A stretch of 64,000 nt of DNA from Alphaproteobacteria bacterium (lineage in GTDB: Bacteria > Pseudomonadota > Alphaproteobacteria > GCA-2731375): the NCBI GenBank assembly GCA_965216645.1, contig CBDCGJ010000007.1, forward strand, positions 14,150-78,149, given 5' to 3'. The position numbers and the translations under genes are program-made. The stretch's first letter is position 1, and each line of letters begins with the position of its first letter. Below are positions 61,524-64,000 of the stretch, in pieces. The notes below the pieces were generated by a model that was given only the letters and a program-made list of their open reading frames with translations, did no database searches and had not been told where the DNA came from.

Positions 61524-63043
61524 TGCGTGAGGTTGTCAAGCAATTGAAACCGGCGCCGAGGACAGCGGTGGAGGCGGCGGAGCGACCGGTCGCCGTAATC
61601 GATATCGGTTCGAATTCGATCCGTCTGGTGGTCTATGAGAGCTTCTCGCGCGCGCCGGCGCCGATATTCAACGAAAAGAATGTCTGCTGCCTTGGCGAGG
61701 GATTGGCGGAAACCGGGCGCATGCGAGAAAAAAATATGGAGCGTGCGCGGCAGACGATCGAGCGTTATATCCGCCTGACCCGCCGCATGAATGTGGGTGC
61801 GCTGCATGTCTTTGCGACCGCGGCGGCGCGCGAGGCGGAGAACGGGCCGGCCTTCGTGGAGGCCTTGGAACGCGACTGCGGCATCGACATCCGTGTCCTA
61901 TCCGGCGGCCGGGAAGGTAAACTAGCAGCCCTCGGCGTATTGAGCGGTATGCCGTCGGCCACGGGCATCGTTGGGGATTTGGGCGGCGGCAGCTTGGAGT
62001 TGGTGCCGGTACGCGCCGGCAAACGGAGTAAGGGCGTGACGCTACCCCTGGGGGCGCTTCGCCTCTCGGCGCACGATCCGCAGAACCTAAGCGGCTATAT
62101 CGACGCACAATTGCGATCGGTCAATTTCCTCTTCGGCGAACCCGAGAGAACCTGCGACTTTCACGTGGTCGGCGGCTCCTGGCGTGCGATCGGACGGGTA
62201 CATATGCTACAGAACGATTATCCGCTGCATATTGTTCATGGCTATACCGTCGATGCCGATGAGATACGCGACCTTTGCAGATTGCTGTCCCGGTTAAGCC
62301 CCGGCAGCGTCGCAAATGTGGATGGCGTACCGCGGGAAAGGGCCCGGACGTTGCCCTTGTCCGCACTGGTTTTGTCGCGGTTCATTAAGTTGGTCGGACC
62401 GGCGCGAATATGTTTCTCCGCTTATGGCGTGCGCGAAGGCGTTTTGTTTTCCGCCCTCGATAAGACCATGCGGCGGCGGGATCCGTTGATCGAAGCCTGC
62501 CGCGTGATGGGTCGACGCAATGCCCGTTTCGAACCCCAAGGCGAGTATTTGTTCGATTGGCTGAGCCCATTGTTCCAGGATGAGGACGAGCGGCACGCGC
62601 GTCTTCGTCTGGCGGCCAGCATCATGTGCGATTTCGGTTGGCGCGTTCATCCGGAGTTCCGCGCCGATTACGCGATTATGGAAACCCTTCGTTCGCCTCT
62701 GGTCGGTATCGATCACTGGGAACGCTGTTACCTCGCCTTGGCCTTGCGTTCGCGATACAGCCATGTCGGCGGCCGCGGACTGACGAAAGAGGCGCAGAAG
62801 TTGATCGGCAAGGAGGCATCGAAGCAGGCACGCCGAGTCGGTTTGGCCTTGCGTTTGGCGCTGACATTGTCGGGCGGCCAACTCGAATTGCTCCGCCATT
62901 TCGCTGTGCGGTCGACCGACGAGGAACTACGACTTGAGATCCAAAACAGCGAAGCGTCGTTGTTCGGCGAGATTGTCGAAAATCGGTTTCGGCATCTCGC
63001 GGACGCTTTAGACAAACGGCCGGACGTCGCCGTCATCGGTTAA
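61520..63043 (+). CDS. ppx: Exopolyphosphatase / Ppx-GppA phosphatase family
   Basis: ASKHA-fold N-terminus ([16 protein letters not shown]), 507 aa. The 4-nt overlap with the ppk stop suggests operon coupling. Confidence 0.85.
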   Translation: MMREVVKQLKPAPRTAVEAAERPVAVIDIGSNSIRLVVYESFSRAPAPIFNEKNVCCLGEGLAETGRMREKNMERARQTIERYIRLTRRMNVGALHVFATAAAREAENGPAFVEALERDCGIDIRVLSGGREGKLAALGVLSGMPSATGIVGDLGGGSLELVPVRAGKRSKGVTLPLGALRLSAHDPQNLSGYIDAQLRSVNFLFGEPERTCDFHVVGGSWRAIGRVHMLQNDYPLHIVHGYTVDADEIRDLCRLLSRLSPGSVANVDGVPRERARTLPLSALVLSRFIKLVGPARICFSAYGVREGVLFSALDKTMRRRDPLIEACRVMGRRNARFEPQGEYLFDWLSPLFQDEDERHARLRLAASIMCDFGWRVHPEFRADYAIMETLRSPLVGIDHWERCYLALALRSRYSHVGGRGLTKEAQKLIGKEASKQARRVGLALRLALTLSGGQLELLRHFAVRSTDEELRLEIQNSEASLFGEIVENRFRHLADALDKRPDVAVIG

Positions 63044-64000
63044 TCGGGCGAATGCTCGATGATGCGAACTCGTTTCCCGTCGAGGGCCATGGCGATACGC
63101 CCCTCCATCAACGCGACGGCGTCGTTGCCGAATATCTCCCGGCGCCAGCCACGCAGCACCATCTGATCGCCGTTGCCGTTGCCGGCCAGCCGTTCCAAAT
63201 CCGCCACGGAAGCGATCAAGCGTTGCGACACGCCATGCTGTTCGCAACGATATTTCAACAATACCTTCAATAGATCGACCGCGGGCCCCAACCCTTTGGG
63301 CAACGACTCGGGCGGGCGGAGTTTTGGCAATTGATCCTTGGATAGGGCGCGGCCGCGTGAAACGGCATCCAGTAGGCTCTTGCCAACGCTGTTCTTTGCA
63401 AGGCCTTTTGGCACCGCGCGCAAGCGTTGCAGTTCGCCGAGATCACGCGGTTTTTCCGCCGCCAGTTCCTGGATCGCTTCGTCGCGCAGGATGTGATTGC
63501 GCGGTTGATCCCGTGTCTGCGCCCGTTCCTCGCGCCAGGCGGAGACTTCTTTGATAATGCCGAGATATTCCTTATTTCGGCTGCGGATCTTGATCCGGCG
63601 CCAGGCTTCCTCAGGATGCAGTTTGTATGTTTCCGCCGTGGTTAAAACCGCCATCTCCTCGTCCAGCCAGGAACTACGGCCGTTCTCGCCCAGCTGCTTC
63701 TTCAGCGAATCGTAGATCGGCTGCAGAAAATGGACATCGGAGATCGCATAGCCGATTTGCGTCGCCTTGAGCGGGCGGCGGGCCCAGTCTGTGAATTGCG
63801 AGGTCTTGTCGATCCGGGCACCGGCCAGCCGGGCGGCGAGTTTGTCGTAACCGACCGAATCGCCGAAACCGCAGACCATGGCCGCGACTTGGGTATCGAA
63901 GATCGGATGGGGAACCCGTCCGGACAGATGGTAGAAGATTTCCAGATCCTGGCGCGCCGCGTGGAAGACCTTGACGACATTCTCATCGTTGAGAAGGTCG
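63040..64000 (-). CDS. rnd: Ribonuclease D (partial; 5' end beyond window)
   Basis: DEDDy 3'-5' exonuclease core (VVKVFHAARQDLEIFYH, HILRDEAIQELAAEKP), HRDC-like tail. The frame runs in-frame to the window edge. Confidence 0.8.
   Translation of the reverse strand, partial: DLLNDENVVKVFHAARQDLEIFYHLSGRVPHPIFDTQVAAMVCGFGDSVGYDKLAARLAGARIDKTSQFTDWARRPLKATQIGYAISDVHFLQPIYDSLKKQLGENGRSSWLDEEMAVLTTAETYKLHPEEAWRRIKIRSRNKEYLGIIKEVSAWREERAQTRDQPRNHILRDEAIQELAAEKPRDLGELQRLRAVPKGLAKNSVGKSLLDAVSRGRALSKDQLPKLRPPESLPKGLGPAVDLLKVLLKYRCEQHGVSQRLIASVADLERLAGNGNGDQMVLRGWRREIFGNDAVALMEGRIAMALDGKRVRIIEHSPD

Overview
This is a GC-rich (about 60%) alphaproteobacterial chromosomal segment. Gene order and content suggest a Rhodospirillales-like aerobe or microaerophile.

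Most of the window is core metabolism and housekeeping. In order: a tRNA-Val, glmU-glmS, gor, a class II DAHP synthase, a NAPRTase-family gene, nadE, cysS, a citramalate/isopropylmalate-synthase-family gene, rpsD, and a seven-gene operon purC-purS-purQ-purL-bolA-grxD plus a DOPA-dioxygenase-like gene. After that come a complete cbb3 oxidase locus ccoNOQP-ccoGHIS, ndk, purN-purM, a DUF2066 gene with pgsA-like, AI-2E-transporter and hdaA genes, ppk1-ppx, and a partial rnd at the window edge.

The accessory or unusual content is:
1. An IS630-family insertion sequence (TA-flanked, 12-bp terminal inverted repeats, A7G -1 frameshift site) that has replaced the last 20 codons of an EamA/DMT transporter gene.
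2. A roughly 1.8-kb low-GC islet between the rpsD terminator and the pur/grxD operon. It carries two convergent, overlapping ORFs of unknown function; one has a GNAT-like Q-x-x-G-x-A motif.
3. An orphan RTX-type calcium-binding repeat protein next to glmU.
4. A cluster of P450, a signal-less family-5 SBP-like protein, a cupin, a VOC protein and a GNAT.
5. A 6.4-kb tract (44.2-50.6 kb) in which five consecutive genes carry 17 apparent frameshifts plus one in-frame stop. The genes are a triple-Cache MCP, a NUDIX CoA pyrophosphatase, mscS, an OmpA-like lipoprotein, and the 3' end of an ABC-F ATPase. Several events are single-base indels in G/A homopolymers that compensate each other within about 100 nt. 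Localized sequence-quality error is therefore more likely than true gene decay. Isolated frame anomalies also occur in a gph-like HAD hydrolase and at the 5' end of purM.

No CRISPR array, rRNA, integrase or recognisable defence system was found.
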